The notes: a model not told the origin generated them from the sequence alone. 64,000 nt of DNA from Eledone cirrhosa (GCA_964016885.1 OZ024743.1:299336001-299400000), one strand, 5' to 3'. Shown: positions 13,931-28,767, counted from the stretch's first letter. Made by a program: numbers and translations.

Positions 13931-14774
13931 AATGCGTCTAGCACTTTTAGTAATACAAACATCTCAAATACAGATTTCTACACAGTTACATTATTCTTTT
14001 GGGAACCAGCAGTATTAATTTATCCATGTAGAGATAGGAATGATAAATAAATATTCCCAGTTTAAAGAGCTGACAATTGTTATAACAAAATATAATTTTA
14101 GCGCCATCAATAGTACTCTGGTGGAATTTATTTTATACTCGAATGCTTTAGAAAAATACAATTCTAAAACAAATTATAGATTTCATGGTTCTTTATAAAC
14201 ATTCACCAATCTTATAATCCTCAAAATATCCATGACATTTCCATAGGTAATTATGATATTATTATTTTGACTTTGGCATTTACCTTAAATTGTAACAATT
14301 AATCTAATGTTTATATGATATTTCTTTCATATGAGTGTTTTAGTTATTTGATCACCCAAACTACTTTACTCGTTATCGTGTTGTGTATATGTTATCTTGG
14401 CTTTTACATTTACCCGAAATTGTAACAATTAATCTAATGTGTGTTCCTTTCTAAACACTTCTTTCATGTGAGTGTTTTAGTTATTTGATCATCCAAACTA
14501 ATTTACTCGTTATATTGTTGTGTATATGTTTGATCGTTCCAAATCTTTAACATAATCCTCAGGCTGAATAAACTTGACGCAGCGACAAGTCTAGACATTT
14601 TATTTACCGATGCACTCTGATTTGCATACTGTATCTGTCTATGAAATTTCACTTACAATATTTGGGTCTAACTTATTGTGATATTTCGTGTAATTCATCC
14701 GACGTCCGCTGTGTTTAAGCGGTTGTCACAGTAGTTTGTCTATAGACAAAGATAATTATTCTTCTACGAATAAT

Positions 14775-15380
14775 GGTTTCTGATTTAGGCACAAGACCAA
14801 CAATTTCTGTGGGAGGGGAAAGTCGATTAAATCGTCCCCAGTGGATTAAATCGGCTAGTACTTTATTTTATCGATCTCGTAAGGATTAAAGGGAAAGCTG
14901 AACTCTGAATTTAAAGGGCCGCAACTCTATGTCACAACGCTTTACCGATTCTTCCAACACACTGTTCTAATCTTCTATAAATAATTGTTTCTACTTTTTG
15001 CACAAGGCCAACAATTACCTAGTGTATGACTGGTATTTTATGTTATCGACCCCGTAAGGATGAAAGGCAAAGTTAATCTCGGCGGGATTTGAACTCCGAA
15101 TGGCAAGGGCCGCAACTCTATGCGTCAAAGAATGGCGTACGACCCTCTACCGATACTGCCAATCCACCGCTTTAATCTTCTATGAATAATTGTTTCTACT
15201 TTAGGCACAAGGCCAGCAATTATCCAGTACATTACTGGTACTTTATTTTATCGACCCCGAAAGGATGAAAGGCAAAGTTAAACTTGGCGGGATTTGAACT
15301 CAGACCGTAAAGGGACGTAACTATGCTAGAAAGCATGGCGTCCAACCCTCTACCGATACTGCCAATTCACCGCCTAATCT
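14775..15380 (-). mobile_element. Three head-to-tail SINE copies
   Basis: Three reverse-strand SINEs (~14775-14968, 14986-15173, 15191-15376) separated by the repeated 17-mer aatcttcta..aataat. Confidence 0.85.
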
Positions 15381-15539
15381 TCTATAAATAATGCATCATG
15401 CTATCGAGTGACAAGTTAATGGCTGTGGTTTTCTTCAACAGTTCTATATGATAGAACACACTTCCCAAATAACCATGTAGCAAAATTGAATCTGGGATAT
15501 CAGGATTGCGACGCATCCATTTGAATTAAAAATTTGTTA

Positions 15540-16070
15540 GATTTGGTAAGGAGTTCTATTTTTGCCAATGTATCCAACATGAATGTTGAAATAATTGTTT
15601 GAAATTATTTTACTCTTATCATTGGAATTATTATATTCGTCATTGAGTTCTGCTTTTGAAATCTTTTTTAACAATAAAGATAAAGTATGAAGATGGTGAG
15701 TGGTGTCTCTGTTAACAATGTTAGCCAAATTGTCTCTTCAGAAGATGAGATTATTGCAATACGTTTAACGTTACAAGCAAATATGGAGATTTTGAACATA
15801 ACACTTATTAAACATTCACTGCAACAATATAATGAAAAAATACTTGATAACACATTAGATAAATGTGCCAGCGTCGTGTCTTCCAACAACAAAGACGGTA
15901 GTGTTTGTAAATTGGCAACAGTGAAAAAATGTGTAAATCTATCGACAGAAACACGTTTGAAAATGCCCTAATTCCAGGCTTACAGTTATATGTAAATTTA
16001 ATGAAACAAAAAATTTCAAGCAATCGACGATATATCAGCAGGGACAAGAAAGAAAAATAACGATACAAGT
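15540..16070 (-). pseudogene. Possible decayed multi-TM (class A GPCR-like) coding fragment
   Basis: Frame-shifted hydrophobic segments: FSNVFLSIDLHIFSLLPIY (DRY-region-like), WHIYLMCYQVFF, FACNVK, IWLTLLTETPLTIFILYLYC followed by basic KRFQKQ. Confidence 0.25.
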
Positions 16071-16872
16071 GAACAAATAAAACTACCTTTAATTATATCG
16101 CCCACAAAAGATGCATATAGCTGAATGTTCGAAGAACTGATAAAAGAAATAAGACGAATCACCATTAAAGTAAATGGGACTTTCTTACGGATTAGTCAAT
16201 ATGATATTCAATCATGAACAAGGCGTGTGAGGGTCGTTTGAGAAATATGTATATGTTCCTCTAGAAAGAGATAGATAGACAGAGAAAGAGGAAGACAAAA
16301 GGAGAATGAGAGAGAGAACGAGAGAGAGTGTGTGTATGAAAAAAGGGAGGGGGAGAGTTGTTTTGTTTGGTAATCAATATGTTCTTTGGTGTGATATATC
16401 AACGTTTTATTATTCTTAACATTTTTTCAGGTCTGTACGTTTTAAATTCATATATTGCCATTACACCTTCCGGCGATGATAAAATAAAATGCCACTCAAT
16501 TCCGGTGTCAATATTATCGACTATTTCCCCTCCACAAATAGTTCAGTTGGAAAAGTTAGAAATGATTTTGTTTAACAGACAATATTGTATATAAGCCAAA
16601 GTCTTATACCGAATTGTGCATATAGTTAAAGTTTCTTTCGCTCCAGTATAGTAAACTATATGTTTTGGTAGTTTCACACACACATACACACGGAAAATGC
16701 AATGTAAATATACAAATCTTGTTTGAGATGTGAGACGTAAAGAAAAATACACTAAATCCTAATCCAGGAGTGATAGATAATAAATACTTATAACTGTTAT
16801 GGTGCATTTCATAATAATAAAAATATATAAAATAAGAAAATTCAAATTAAAGGAAATATTCAAATAAGTTCA

Positions 16873-17010
16873 GGGATGGCAGTATGGTAATGAGTTCGTA
16901 ACCAAGTAGTTTTGTTTCCAGTCCCACGTCACAGAGCGTTCGCCGCGTGCCTTCTACTAAAGCCTCAGGTTGACCAATATCTTGTGAGGGTTATTTGGTT
17001 GGTGGAATCC
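16873..17010 (+). mobile_element. Degenerate SINE of a second octopus family
   Basis: tggtaatgag...ccagtcccac...ccttctactaaagcctcaggttgaccaatatcttgtgagggttatttggttggtggaa. Confidence 0.55.
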
Positions 17011-17660
17011 TATATGTAAATATATCGTTTAAATTGAAGTTTACCATAATAATATTAACATTATAAACACAAACACACACACAGAGACGCACGCAAACAC
17101 ACACACGGACGTACATAAATATGTATATTTATATATTATATATATAGTAATTTGCATAGGTAAGTATATATTACCCGTATGTTATGTGAAGGTATGTATA
17201 CCTTCTCGTACGTATATTTGACTGTTATGGCGTATAATTTTTACATATTCTGGTATTTAGGGTTTGGTTATGTGTATATGGGAGTTTTGCGTCTGCGTGA
17301 GTATGCAGGTTCGTACGTATGGTGGGTGGGTGTATATGTGTACTTCTTGTTTTAGTTGACTTACGTCTCCGAACCTTCGTGTATTTATTTGTAGGTATGT
17401 GTGTGCGCTTGTTATATACGTATTTATTTACTTATATACGTTTATATAATTATTTATTTATTTGTACACAAGCATACACACATACACATATTTATATGTG
17501 CGTGGTTTTGTATACCTATGGTAAGGTTTTGCGTATGCTTGTGTATGTACGTATCTGTTTGCGTGTATGTATTTATTTGTTTCTATTACTTCTGTATTGT
17601 ATTTATTTACTTTGTTCTTAACTCTGTAGCGGAGATTCATTCGGTCTCCTAGTTAGAATT

Positions 17661-17930
17661 TTAGTCTACAACTTCTGCTATACCATTTACGTGGTTTTGT
17701 CTTTGCGTGCTATTGTTCTCTACGCTCCACATATGACTTATTATCTTCGTTTTTTCGTTCATTGCCAGAGAACGTCTCTATGCACCACTTAGAGAACATT
17801 AGTCTACGACCTCTTTTATACCATAAACGTGGTTCTGTCTTTGCGCGTAATTGTTTTTCACCGCTCCTATTAATGACGTATTATTCGTTTTTTCCCGTTC
17901 TTTGCCAGCGAACGTCACCATGAACCAAAG
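17661..17930. repeat. Diverged ~138-bp tandem duplication
   Basis: ttagtctac...acgtggtt.tgtctt.gcg...ttgccag.gaacgtc occurs at 17661 and 17799. Confidence 0.7.
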
Positions 17931-18329
17931 TATCGTCTTCCTGTCTTCCTCCGGTTGCAACGTTTTTTGAAATATCCAGTTCTGCGTTTACAGATTGACT
18001 TTGTTAGTTTCAGAAGATCCCGTTAAGGGTGAAAGCAGCGATTCTTTGCTTAAACTTTAATCTGTTATTTTAATAAATATATATTATATATATATATATG
18101 TTGTTTTGTGTGTTTGTGTGTGGGTTTGGGTTTGCGCGGTTGTTCGTATTTGCTTTTAACTTTTCTTTTTGCTTATGTTATGTAACGTACTCATTGGGCG
18201 AATAAAATAAGAATAAGGATCGTTAGAATCGACTAAATTCCGTGACGGCAGCGCCTTAACATGGCTGTTGTCTAGAGACTGAAAAAAAAAAGAGTAATCT
18301 AAATTTGTTTTTCAAAATTAAACACTTCT

Positions 18330-18830
18330 GAAACCTCATTTGAATCACTCTACACAATTGTTTGATCTTTTGAAGCACATTCTAATTTCTCTTTGTTTTA
18401 TGGCTTCTCCTTTGTAGTGATCATTGTAATTTTAAGCACATTCACAAAATCACTTGTTGTATAGCGAAACATTGATTTTATTGAAACTAAGAAAGAATCG
18501 TATCGATGCACGATTGAGCTTTAGATAAAGACACCTTTACAATTAGTTCGCATCCGTCATAATCGTCATCGGAACAAATTGATGCATATCTTTTTTCTGG
18601 ATTAATGAAACTATCAACAATCTCAAGATTTGAAAAGGTTTGGGTTAATTCAATATCGTTGTCAACTGCAATCCAGTCAACGATATCTTTATCGTAATGA
18701 TTTTCTATGGACGATGTTTGTACTATCTGTATTATTTCTTTTCTGCTAATATTAAAACCATTAAAATCGCCTTCATCTTAATCATCAGAAATTAAATTCC
18801 GAAACGGGAAAATAGGCCATTCCTCTGAAA
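18330..18830 (-). pseudogene. Tigger/pogo-like transposase C-terminal remnant
   Basis: Minus translation DEGDFNGF...DKDIVDWIAVDNDIELTQTFSNLEIVDSF resembles Tigger C-termini. Confidence 0.45.
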
Positions 18831-19499
18831 AGATTGACAGGCTTAACAGAGGTTCATGCGAGAAGAGCTGAAAAGAGCGCATCCTTAATTATAAATTGGC
18901 ATTAGACGTCATAGAGAGAAATTACGCTGTTGATTAATTGGATCATTAAATTATTTCTATAGCCACATTTTAGATTCAGGATAAATTCCCAATACATTGC
19001 TTACATAAGAGAAGTGACAGCGGCTGGTGAATAACAGGTATTTCCACAATTTGAAACTAAGATTAATGGAAATGGGACTTACCGTTACTACTGTCCAAAT
19101 GCATACTCATAACAAATGAATAAATCTAACAGCAGGTCTGAAATTGGGAGTTAAACAAGCCTAAGAGAATCATTTATCTATCTATAGATTCGTTTGCACC
19201 GTAAAGGAAATTGGCAGTATTTCTTCAATACCTGGCAGAGGCTATCTAACAGTTAGAAGCATACGAATCAAAGAAGCATAATTTTAGTTACTCTATGCGA
19301 TATATGTAGTCCATATATATATATATATAACGAAGGAAATGTGGTAAGGAACCAGATGGACCATAACGCATCAAAGTATTCAATACTTAAGGTAGTAGAG
19401 TGGGTAATAATGGTACCACCCCGCACACAGTGGGTTATAATGGTGCTAATGATAGGTGTAGGAGCGTAGGTAACAACGTATATAGCAATAATAATAGCC

Positions 19500-20404
19500 T
19501 TACAGTGGGAACTAGAAGGGACCGCGACCGAAAGTGCCCCTTAAGGGTAACTGCCTGACTGATAGGGTTATATATATGTGCACCGTAACTAGCCATAATA
19601 GCGTTAAACATTATATAGGGGATACCTCTGCCCGTTCAAAAATATATTTCGAATACATCTCCACACTTTCGCAAACAAGTAACTAAGACACTCCACTTCG
19701 CTCGCGAACTACATCACAGCATTAAAATACTCAAACATCAGCTTCTCCACGCACTGGGAAATTGTCAGCAGAGCAGCACCGTACAACTTCAAAAGGAAGT
19801 GCGAGCTTTGCCTCATGGAGCTCTACCATATCATAACGGCACCCCACGAGCTCATCAACAGCAGAGCTGAAACGACGATAAGCTGAACACACCACTTAAA
19901 AATATCCTACTCCAGATGGAATAAGAACGAGGAGTAGAAACCGTAAACCGGCTCTCCTTGCACCAACCTTTAACACCCTGGCTGGCAGGTGCTGCAAAAA
20001 AGCATCCGGAAACTAAACATGCATCCCAGACCCGGCATGAATCGACCCAGCGGGCAGGCGCAGCAAACAAACATCTCGAAACTAACGTTGCATACCTAAC
20101 TCTGTGCGTATCGATAATGGTAGGGTAGTAACCAAATAGTAGTAACGGATAAAAAAGCCGTACGGAGAATACTGCCCTAACACCAGCTAGAGTTATCTCC
20201 CTTGACCTACTGCAAAATCAATACTTGTTTTTTACGAAGAATGAACTCTGACGTGAACTTATTTCTAAAAAGCCATTCCGGGTCATTTAGGAACCCTTTT
20301 TAGTTGTTTATGCCCTTGAGAAGCCCATTCGAGCGAAACGTACGTAGGTGCTATTTTAAATAAACATGTTTTAATGGTTTGTTCTCCTTTATTTACTTCT
20401 CCAC

Positions 20405-20408
<4 letters not shown>
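19500..20408 (+). mobile_element. 5'-truncated Naiad-like PLE: GIY-YIG remnant (19530-19870) plus 3' UTR with degenerate HHR (20311-20350)
   Basis: CPL.GNCLTDRVIYMCTV...HYIGDTS...WEIVSRAAPYNFKRKCELCLMELYHII; gccc-TTGAGAA-gc..gc-GAAAC-gtac-GTA-gg; ends in (TA)n. Confidence 0.75.
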
Positions 20409-20472
<64 letters not shown>

Positions 20473-22533
20473 CTGTGTGTGATAGTTCTACATAAAGTAC
20501 ATCATAGCTCATATAAGTGAAGCATTATTCACTTCAAAATTTCATAATGTCTCGACCGCGGTTAAAATTGAAGTACTGAATTTCAGTTACACCTTATACA
20601 GAATAAGTCATGTCGATATACACGAAAGTGGTTAATTCAGGCGACAAGCATGTTTGTTAGTTTTTCGGCTCTTCCTGAATAGAAGCTATATATAACAGTT
20701 TCTGCTGTGGAGTTCAATAGAACATTGGGTTGGACAGAATATATTTAAACTGTTAGGCTTAAATATAACACGACAATTACTTTCCAAATAGTTAGTATAA
20801 AACCTCAAAATTGCACAAATTAGGATTTTAAACACACACCTTGAGTGCCTGTGTGTGTTTGTGTGGGTGCATGTGTGCATACTTGCGTGTGTGTATAGAT
20901 GTATATACATGTCATGCAGGAAATCACCTTCAGGCCTTTTGCCTGCACTATTTGTTGCCACATATAATCAGTGAACAATTTCTTTCTCTTTGCGCCCTTA
21001 TATAATTGACCATTCTTGTTAAGCTAACATGCTATTTGAATATGCTTCTCTGAGCAGATATAATGTCTCTTGCTTTCATGTTGGCATTAAAACAATCTTC
21101 AAGCACAATACCATGTACAATATAGTTCCCAAAACTGTGAATCCTCTCATACTGCAGGATTTCTCTACCTTTCACTCTTACCTTTCTAGGTTCAAACCTT
21201 ACCGAAGGGAGTTTCGGTATTCAAATTGCAATGATAATCTGATTGCAATGTTTCCTACGCGGTTGATTTAAAGTGCGAAAGTTTACTTGTGTGTGTGTGT
21301 ACACACATACACACACACGTATACTCACACTTATATATACACACGGATATACATGCATATATATATATGTGTGTGTGGGGGGGGGGGGGGGGGTGCGTGT
21401 GTGTGTTTGTGTGTCCGTTTGTGTGCATGTAGAACGCTCAGCTAACGTAATTTTGCCTCTATTATTATCAGTTTACAATTGCTCTATGCTTCCATGTGCA
21501 TATATAATTGACCAAACTAAGCAAACCAGATTGCTATGTGAAGATGCTTCACTGAGCAGATATAATCAGATCGAAACATGTCTGATTTCATGGCATTAAG
21601 TCAAGATCCACTTCCATTGCATTGTCTAAAATTATTCTCTAAAATTTGCGTCAAGCAAACAAACTAGCATTATACACATGTGTATATTGATATGCACACA
21701 CACACAGACACACACACACAAATACATCTATATATTAATATATATGTATACACACATATAAATATTACTGGTAAGTATTTCAGAAAGCCGGTACACTGGG
21801 GTAGAAATATATAAAGCGTATAGGATGACAAATAAACGAAACAAAATAATCTGTTTTCTACCCAGTATATTTCAATATAATATTTCAAGCTTAACACTAT
21901 CTTTACAAATGCAGAAACATTGCCCTAAACTATTGTTTATTTGCGGCCTTTTTGTGTGTTGATGATTATAGCCTCTTTCAGTCTCTCTCTATATATAGCA
22001 TTTATTGTTCATACATGGAACAAAAACCCATGCCTAAGATTTCAATGTCCAATTATGACCATCTTCCCAGATTGAGAACAAAAATAAATATTATAATATA
22101 TCAGCCCTCATACCAGATTGAGCACTGTTTTCCTTCCTTTTTCGCATTCATCGCTTCCTTACTACAAATACAGACACACTCACCCTCCCATATATATATA
22201 TATATATAATTAAAAGATCTGAGGCCATATTCAGTTTGTTCAGGTTTATTTAAAATCCGTTATATATATATATTGCTGAAGACTATCAGTCATGATAGTC
22301 TGAGTTCAATTTAAAATAATAGTGAATCTGGTCCCTTACGATTTGAACACATATCTGTTTATACCTGTGTTTATCTTTCTTTTATATTCTCTTAGAAATA
22401 GCCAGAAATAGCCGTAGAAACGGCTTGAGCTCTGCCGTTGGGGTTATACATTTTCCTATTACCACTCTACTACCATAACTATTGAGTACTCTGGTGCGTT
22501 ATGCTCCATCTGGTTCTTTACCACAACTCCTTC

Positions 22534-22611
<78 letters not shown>

Positions 22612-23206
22612 TGGATATGATTAGGTAGTACATACGCAATGATATATCAGTATGTAGGACCAACGTCGTATTGTAATTAGTCAAAGCATATGTTATATAT
22701 GTTCTCATTGATATTTATTTATTATCACTGTTCCAAAATCTTTCATCAAATTTCCAACCACATAAAATAGCAATATTTTTTAGAAGCTGTATTGTTACCT
22801 AAAATAGATTAGAATTATTACGAAAATACATTGATTTTTTATGCTGACCCACTCCAAATACCCATCTCCCGGCTAGGTGTGATTTTGTCCATCCGACCGT
22901 AAAGTACTATATTTTATGTTGCCTATTTTTTCCTTTGGCAAGAAGCCTGAATGCACATTGTTCTTGTATTTTTAGGTCATTGTTATGTATTTCAGAAAAT
23001 AAGAAAAAAAAAACGTATCTCATTGGTATCATATATAATTAATAGATTTATTATCTATAGCACTGGGACTTGATTAAAGAGTGTCAGTAATATTATAGGC
23101 AACCGTGCGTATCAGAATATACCTATCTACTGACAATATATTGATCATATATATGCAGGCACACATACATACGCTATGTCATTCAAGCTACGTGCATATA
23201 TAATAT

Positions 23207-23395
23207 AATTGTTTCTACTTTTGGCACAAGGCCAGCAATTATCCCAGTGTATTACTGGTACTCTATTTTATCGATGCCGTAAGGATGAAAGGCAAAATTA
23301 ACCTCGGCGGGATTTGAACTCAGACTATAAAGGGCCGTAACTCTTTGCTGCAAAGCATGGCGTCCGACCCTCCAGCGATACTGCCAATACACCGT
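23207..23395 (-). mobile_element. Near full-length SINE
   Basis: Reverse copy closely similar to 15191-15376. Confidence 0.85.
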
Positions 23396-23601
23396 ATAAC
23401 ATAATACAATGCATATACATGTGTATGAGTATATACATGAAATATATTTATATATATGTAAGAATATTTTTAGACAAATATATATATACTTTAACATACA
23501 ATGTTTTACGGATACAAATACTCATACAGGCAAACACACAAACTCACAGACACACACTGAGTCACATGTACACACACGTACAAATATATATACATATATA
23601 C

Positions 23602-23651
<50 letters not shown>

Positions 23652-23658
<7 letters not shown>

Positions 23659-24700
23659 TTAGTTAAGCAAAACAAGACCACAAATTTCACAAGAAAGACA
23701 TTATTTAAAGATTGTCAACATAGTTGTAGTTTAATGTAAGGGATGTAAAGAATAATAATAATAATACTAATAATGTCCGTTTCAAATTGTTTCACTACTG
23801 CATATAATGTTTCTGGATCAAATGATTATAGATAATTATTGATCTGATAGAACGGAGGTAACTATTAGCTGTCAACATCGAAAGGCTAATTCCTTCGCCA
23901 ACAGAATATTTGACCCAACATAGTCATCTAATTCCACTTTTTCTTATAGCTAACATGTTAAATAGTTATAGCTAACTTAGATAATTATGAGTTACCTCCC
24001 TTACATTGTCTCTCACTTAAACTCATTAGCACTTCTTAATTATAAACCACCTATAATTTCTAATTTCTCGAGGAGTTACTTCCATTGAAACCAGCCTCTA
24101 ATTAGTAAGATAAGTATGTCCTTTGGCGGCCATCTTGTTACCCATAGGCAGGTCTCACATACCGCAGCATCGACAGAAGAATATTGCTCGCCTATGGCAG
24201 GCAATAGATAGACCCAGGACACCATAGTTAAATACCAATATATGGAACATTACATTCACGAAACCATCTTTTTTACCTTAATTTATATTCCTTTTAAAGT
24301 TCCGATGAACTGCTCCAATTTTTCCTACTAAACCAGATCAGTAATGATCTATAATCATTTGATCCAGAAACACATTATATCGAGTAGCGAAACAATTGTA
24401 AACGGACATTATTAGTATTATTATTATTATTCTTTACATCCCTGACATTAAACTACAACTATGTTCACAATCTTTAAATAATGTCTTCCTTGTGAAATTT
24501 GTGGACTTGTTTTGCTTAACTAATGAATATTTCCATCTCTGTGCACCTAACTTCTGCATGAACTCAGCCACCTAGCTGCCTTCCATTGCATATTGCACAT
24601 TGAGCACATGCCTTTACGCTTTTGGCTTCTAACTAATTCACCAATCTCTCTTCTCCTCTCCTATCTCCATCTCTCTCTTTGAGGTTGGTTACTCTTGAAC
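23652..24700 (+). mobile_element. Non-autonomous PLE-like element with inverted pLTR
   Basis: 23652-23850 is the reverse complement of ~24330-24530; (TA)n flanks; HHR at 24299-24403. Confidence 0.7.
24299..24403 (+). ncRNA. Hammerhead variant with long stem II
   Basis: gtt-CCGATGA-actgctc...gagtagc-GAAAC-aatt-GTA-aac; palindromic ACAATTGT stem III. Confidence 0.55.
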
Positions 24701-25023
24701 TGTATATATATATATATTAACAATCACAGATCGAAATTTCAGTTTATCATACTTGATTCGTAATAACGCTTTAGATGTGTTTACCAAATGACAACCTCAA
24801 AGTCTGAGTCGATTACAATCAGAATCGAAATATGTTGATCTCTGTTTGAGTAAGACGCTTAATATAAGCATTCTGGATGTTACGCGAAATAGAACAAAAC
24901 ATATCAGTATTAATATACATTTTTAACAATGAGTAACCAATTCACGCAAATGTATAGAGTAATCAAACGAGCATAACCTGTAGTAATATATCGTCCTTCT
25001 CCAACAAGATATATGTAGGCACG

Positions 25024-25077
<54 letters not shown>

Positions 25078-25869
25078 TGCACGCATACATATATATATAT
25101 ATATATATATACACGCACACACATATGTTTGTATGTGTCCGTGTGTGTGTTTGTGTGTTTGTTTATGTATGTTTGTTCAATTCAATAGCACTAACTTGTG
25201 AAATTATATTTACCAAATTTCTTACTAATTCATACTCAGGGACACTATAGCCCCCGGGGTTTGGTAGTTGTTGACCCAAAAGTATCATAGTGACGGTAGT
25301 TTACCTGGTATTTCATAAAAGAATTTATCCAAGTGCCATTTGGAGGTGTTGGATATTATTTATTTTTTGATTTGATGCGGTGTTATGCTGTAAAGAGCAA
25401 GGCCAGTTGAGATGAAATACACCGATTGTAATGTTGCGAAGTGTGATTTTTAGTCTCGACACCAGTTTCACTTTGGTAATATTGGTGGAATATTTTCTTC
25501 ATTGTACCAATGATACAGTGCTTTCGGTGTCGCTGGAAAGTTGATTCTAATTATCAATGACTATCAAAACATTCAACGTTTTTAAAGTGACATTTGATGT
25601 ACGTCAATTCGAACAGTGCTGTGTTACATTTGGGTAGAACGCAGTGAGTAGACAATTTGGGTAGAACATAGCGGGCAGATGTATTCAATGCGAGACATTG
25701 TAAATGTAGACAGAGAGGAAAAGAATAAAGGCATTCGAATCTCTAGCCAGGAAAGTTTTTATCTTCAATTTGAAGATATAGCTAATCGTATTATGGCGTA
25801 TTGTTTCCTTTTTTACAATGTATGTAGACAAACGTATCGATATTATTATCGAGAACGGCAAGGGAGACG

Positions 25870-26110
25870 CGCTGGAAAAGTCATTCCAGCTCGCGATGCT
25901 CACACCTGCGGCTGGCCATATGGTGGTGCGTAGGGAGGTAGCCCTATGGCCGAGGACACCAGAAGTCTCCCCTGCCAAGGCTACAACCGGAAACCTGTCG
26001 GAGAGCGACCGGTATTTGAAGAGTTTGGCCTCCTCAGCCCGACGTGCAGCAGAACCTGGGTTAATCGCATACTGCACTAGGTTGCGGCTGGAGTGGACAG
26101 ACGTATTCAC
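25870..26110 (-). pseudogene. Restriction-like endonuclease C-terminus of a CRE/NeSL-type non-LTR retrotransposon
   Basis: GSAARRAEEAKLFKYRSLSDRFPVVALAGETSGVLG matches the AE..K..KY...P.A.ET.G..G motif. Confidence 0.6.
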
Positions 26111-26634
26111 AATTTTAAGCAGCTTAACTCAAAGCTATAAAATGGGTGAATAAGAAAAATGAAATAAAATAGCTCAGTGATCAGAGATATGACTCGGCTA
26201 CCAAGCTTAACTCATTTAGCAGCATTTAAATGTGTTTCATCAGGGAAGTTCATTCAAACAGGTGAGGTCTGCGTTGGAAATTATGTAGTCATGTCTCATC
26301 TGCAACGAAAAGCTAAAGGCTATTTATGATCAGAAATGAAATTAGTGCCAAGAGATTTCATACTTGTAACAGTATTTGGCTGTTGGTCGTTATAGGGCAC
26401 TGGGAATTCATAGAAGTTTTTATTATTACTAACTTTGTATATCAATTGCTCTACTCAGAAAAGTTTAATGAATTTTCACATCTCCCTCATGATAGACGAA
26501 ATATCTAGAATTTAATTTCATTTGATTTACTTGAGCCTGTGAGGCAGCTTCTATGTGGTCGTTTCACATATAAATATCCGGAAAACTTCCTTTGCTGATC
26601 TAAAAGGAAGATGAAACAATTAGATACTATAGTC

Positions 26635-26684
<50 letters not shown>

Positions 26685-26688
<4 letters not shown>

Positions 26689-26850
26689 GGAACTCTCTTG
26701 AAACCACTACTATTTGTGATGGCTCTCTCAGAAATGCCATCTGTAATACGGATAGTCTCCATCACAAGCTTTGCTGATGACACGAAAGTAACACAGGCAA
26801 TAAGAAAAACGGGTGATGCTACTTTCTTACAAAACGATTTAGATATATTG
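26685..26850 (+). pseudogene. CR1/L2-like reverse transcriptase fragment
   Basis: QGTLLKPLLFV...FADDTKV...LQNDLD. Confidence 0.75.
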
Positions 26851-27210
26851 TCTTTTAAAATGTATGTTAGTCCATTGTCCTTATTGAATGCTTTCATCAG
26901 AATCAACAAATTCTGGAGTAATCAATCTAAAGTACTGGATGCCAGCTCTATGAATCTAAGGTAGAACTGTCCGACAAAATATTGATATGTAGGTAAACAA
27001 GAAGAAACGGTTACTCATTCCAATATATTAGTTTATAAAATTATACGAACGCTTTGCGTTAGAGATGTTACTAAATCCTTTGCATGGAAGCAAAATAAGT
27101 GCATTAGAAAGCAACGGATCCTTCCTGCCTCTAAGCAGATCCCTTAATGTTATCTTTTTTTTCTTTCCAATGAAAATTTCCGTCCGTTTTTTTCCCTAGT
27201 CTTTTGTATG

Positions 27211-27302
<92 letters not shown>

Positions 27303-27765
27303 ATTTAGATTAGGCTGTTTACCAGTGGGTAGAACTGGTGGTTCCGATTGGTAAACATTGATGCAATAAACTAAACAAAGCACTCTACGTTATGCAAATC
27401 ATCCATCGTCGACATGTTATCTCGTGGCTGGTGCAGGAACGGAGTTAAGTATTCATTAAAAACAACAACAGAAGGCCGGACTGGAAATTTACTTTAGAAT
27501 TTGAATCACGCAAAAGCACTTTACGTATTTCGATGACCCTACCGTATCATCCGAACATGGTGCAAGACTTACATGATTTCATCAGGTGTTAATTTCAGAA
27601 TTAGTTCCATTAGAGAACAGTATTACAGAAACAGAGTATACAAAATAGAAATTAGAAAATAGAGGATCGATCCGATTCGGGGACAGCCTGCCAATTCAGT
27701 GTTATAGCCGTAAAGAATGTAATTGCAGAACCGGCTCCTCGTATTTACTTGTATATCTGTGTGTA

Positions 27766-27827
<62 letters not shown>

Positions 27828-28079
27828 GTGTTTATGATTATTTACAACACGGAGGCTGCCACTTATTTCATAATCTATGCTAAAATAGATTCCAATACGC
27901 AACACAAATTTCGGAACTTGCTGAAAGTTAAAGACACACACACCACACACATACACAGAATAAGACACACACACAGAAACACACGCACACGCACACGCAC
28001 GTAGATACACACAGCTACAAGCCCGCACGGACACACATACACACACACACACACAAATATACATACATATATATATATA

Positions 28080-28655
28080 TAATTAAAGAAAGAATAGTAA
28101 CATATTTGGCTGTACAATAGGGGCTTTATTCAGTGCTGACAATTGTTTCGTTCATCTGCTGGGTCTAGATTTCGCTAATCGCTTGATGCTGAGTCAATCG
28201 ATATCTAATACTTTGTTTACAACCAGTCAATACATCAGAGCAAGTGGATATGAGAATAATACGCAAGGCATGGAATTTATATTATTATAAAAGCCATGCC
28301 TTGCGTATTATTCTCATATCCACTCTGATGTATTGACTGGTTGTAAACAAAGTATTAGAGATCGATTGACGCAGCATCAAACGATTAGCAAACTCTAGAC
28401 CCACCAGATCAACGAAACAATTGTCAACACTGTGAATAAAGCCCTTATTGTACAGCCAACCATGTTACTCTTCTTTCTTTAATTATTATTACTCCAAGTA
28501 TAATCTGCATAGAAATTACCGCGAACTCGCTACATCACTATGGAAGCGTCTTGTTGAGTCAAACTAAGCCACAGGTTAAAACCATCCACAACACGGAGTA
28601 CTCTAACTGGTCTACCTCTAAGTGGATTACCTATAACGATAACTTGTTATCCTAT
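28080..28655 (+). mobile_element. Fold-back PLE pLTR fragment with two degenerate HHRs
   Basis: 28080-28272 inverted versus 28292-28484; CTGATGT...GAAAC-aatt-GTC on both arms; 3' tail homologous to the reverse of 37792-37960. Confidence 0.7.
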
Positions 28656-28681
28656 ATATATATATATATTTATATATATAT

Positions 28682-28767
28682 AGAGGGTCTCCCCCAAAAA
28701 TGTATACACCATTCTAATAAATATTGCCTATACAGGTGACCAAAGTGTGTATACATTTTGGGGGACA

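Noticed and set aside
21549-21585. HHR-like tca-CTGAGCA-gat..atc-GAAAC-at-GTC-tga
   Set aside because: G8 is lost (C3-G8 pair broken), stems are only 3 bp and there is no repeat context; may be chance or decayed
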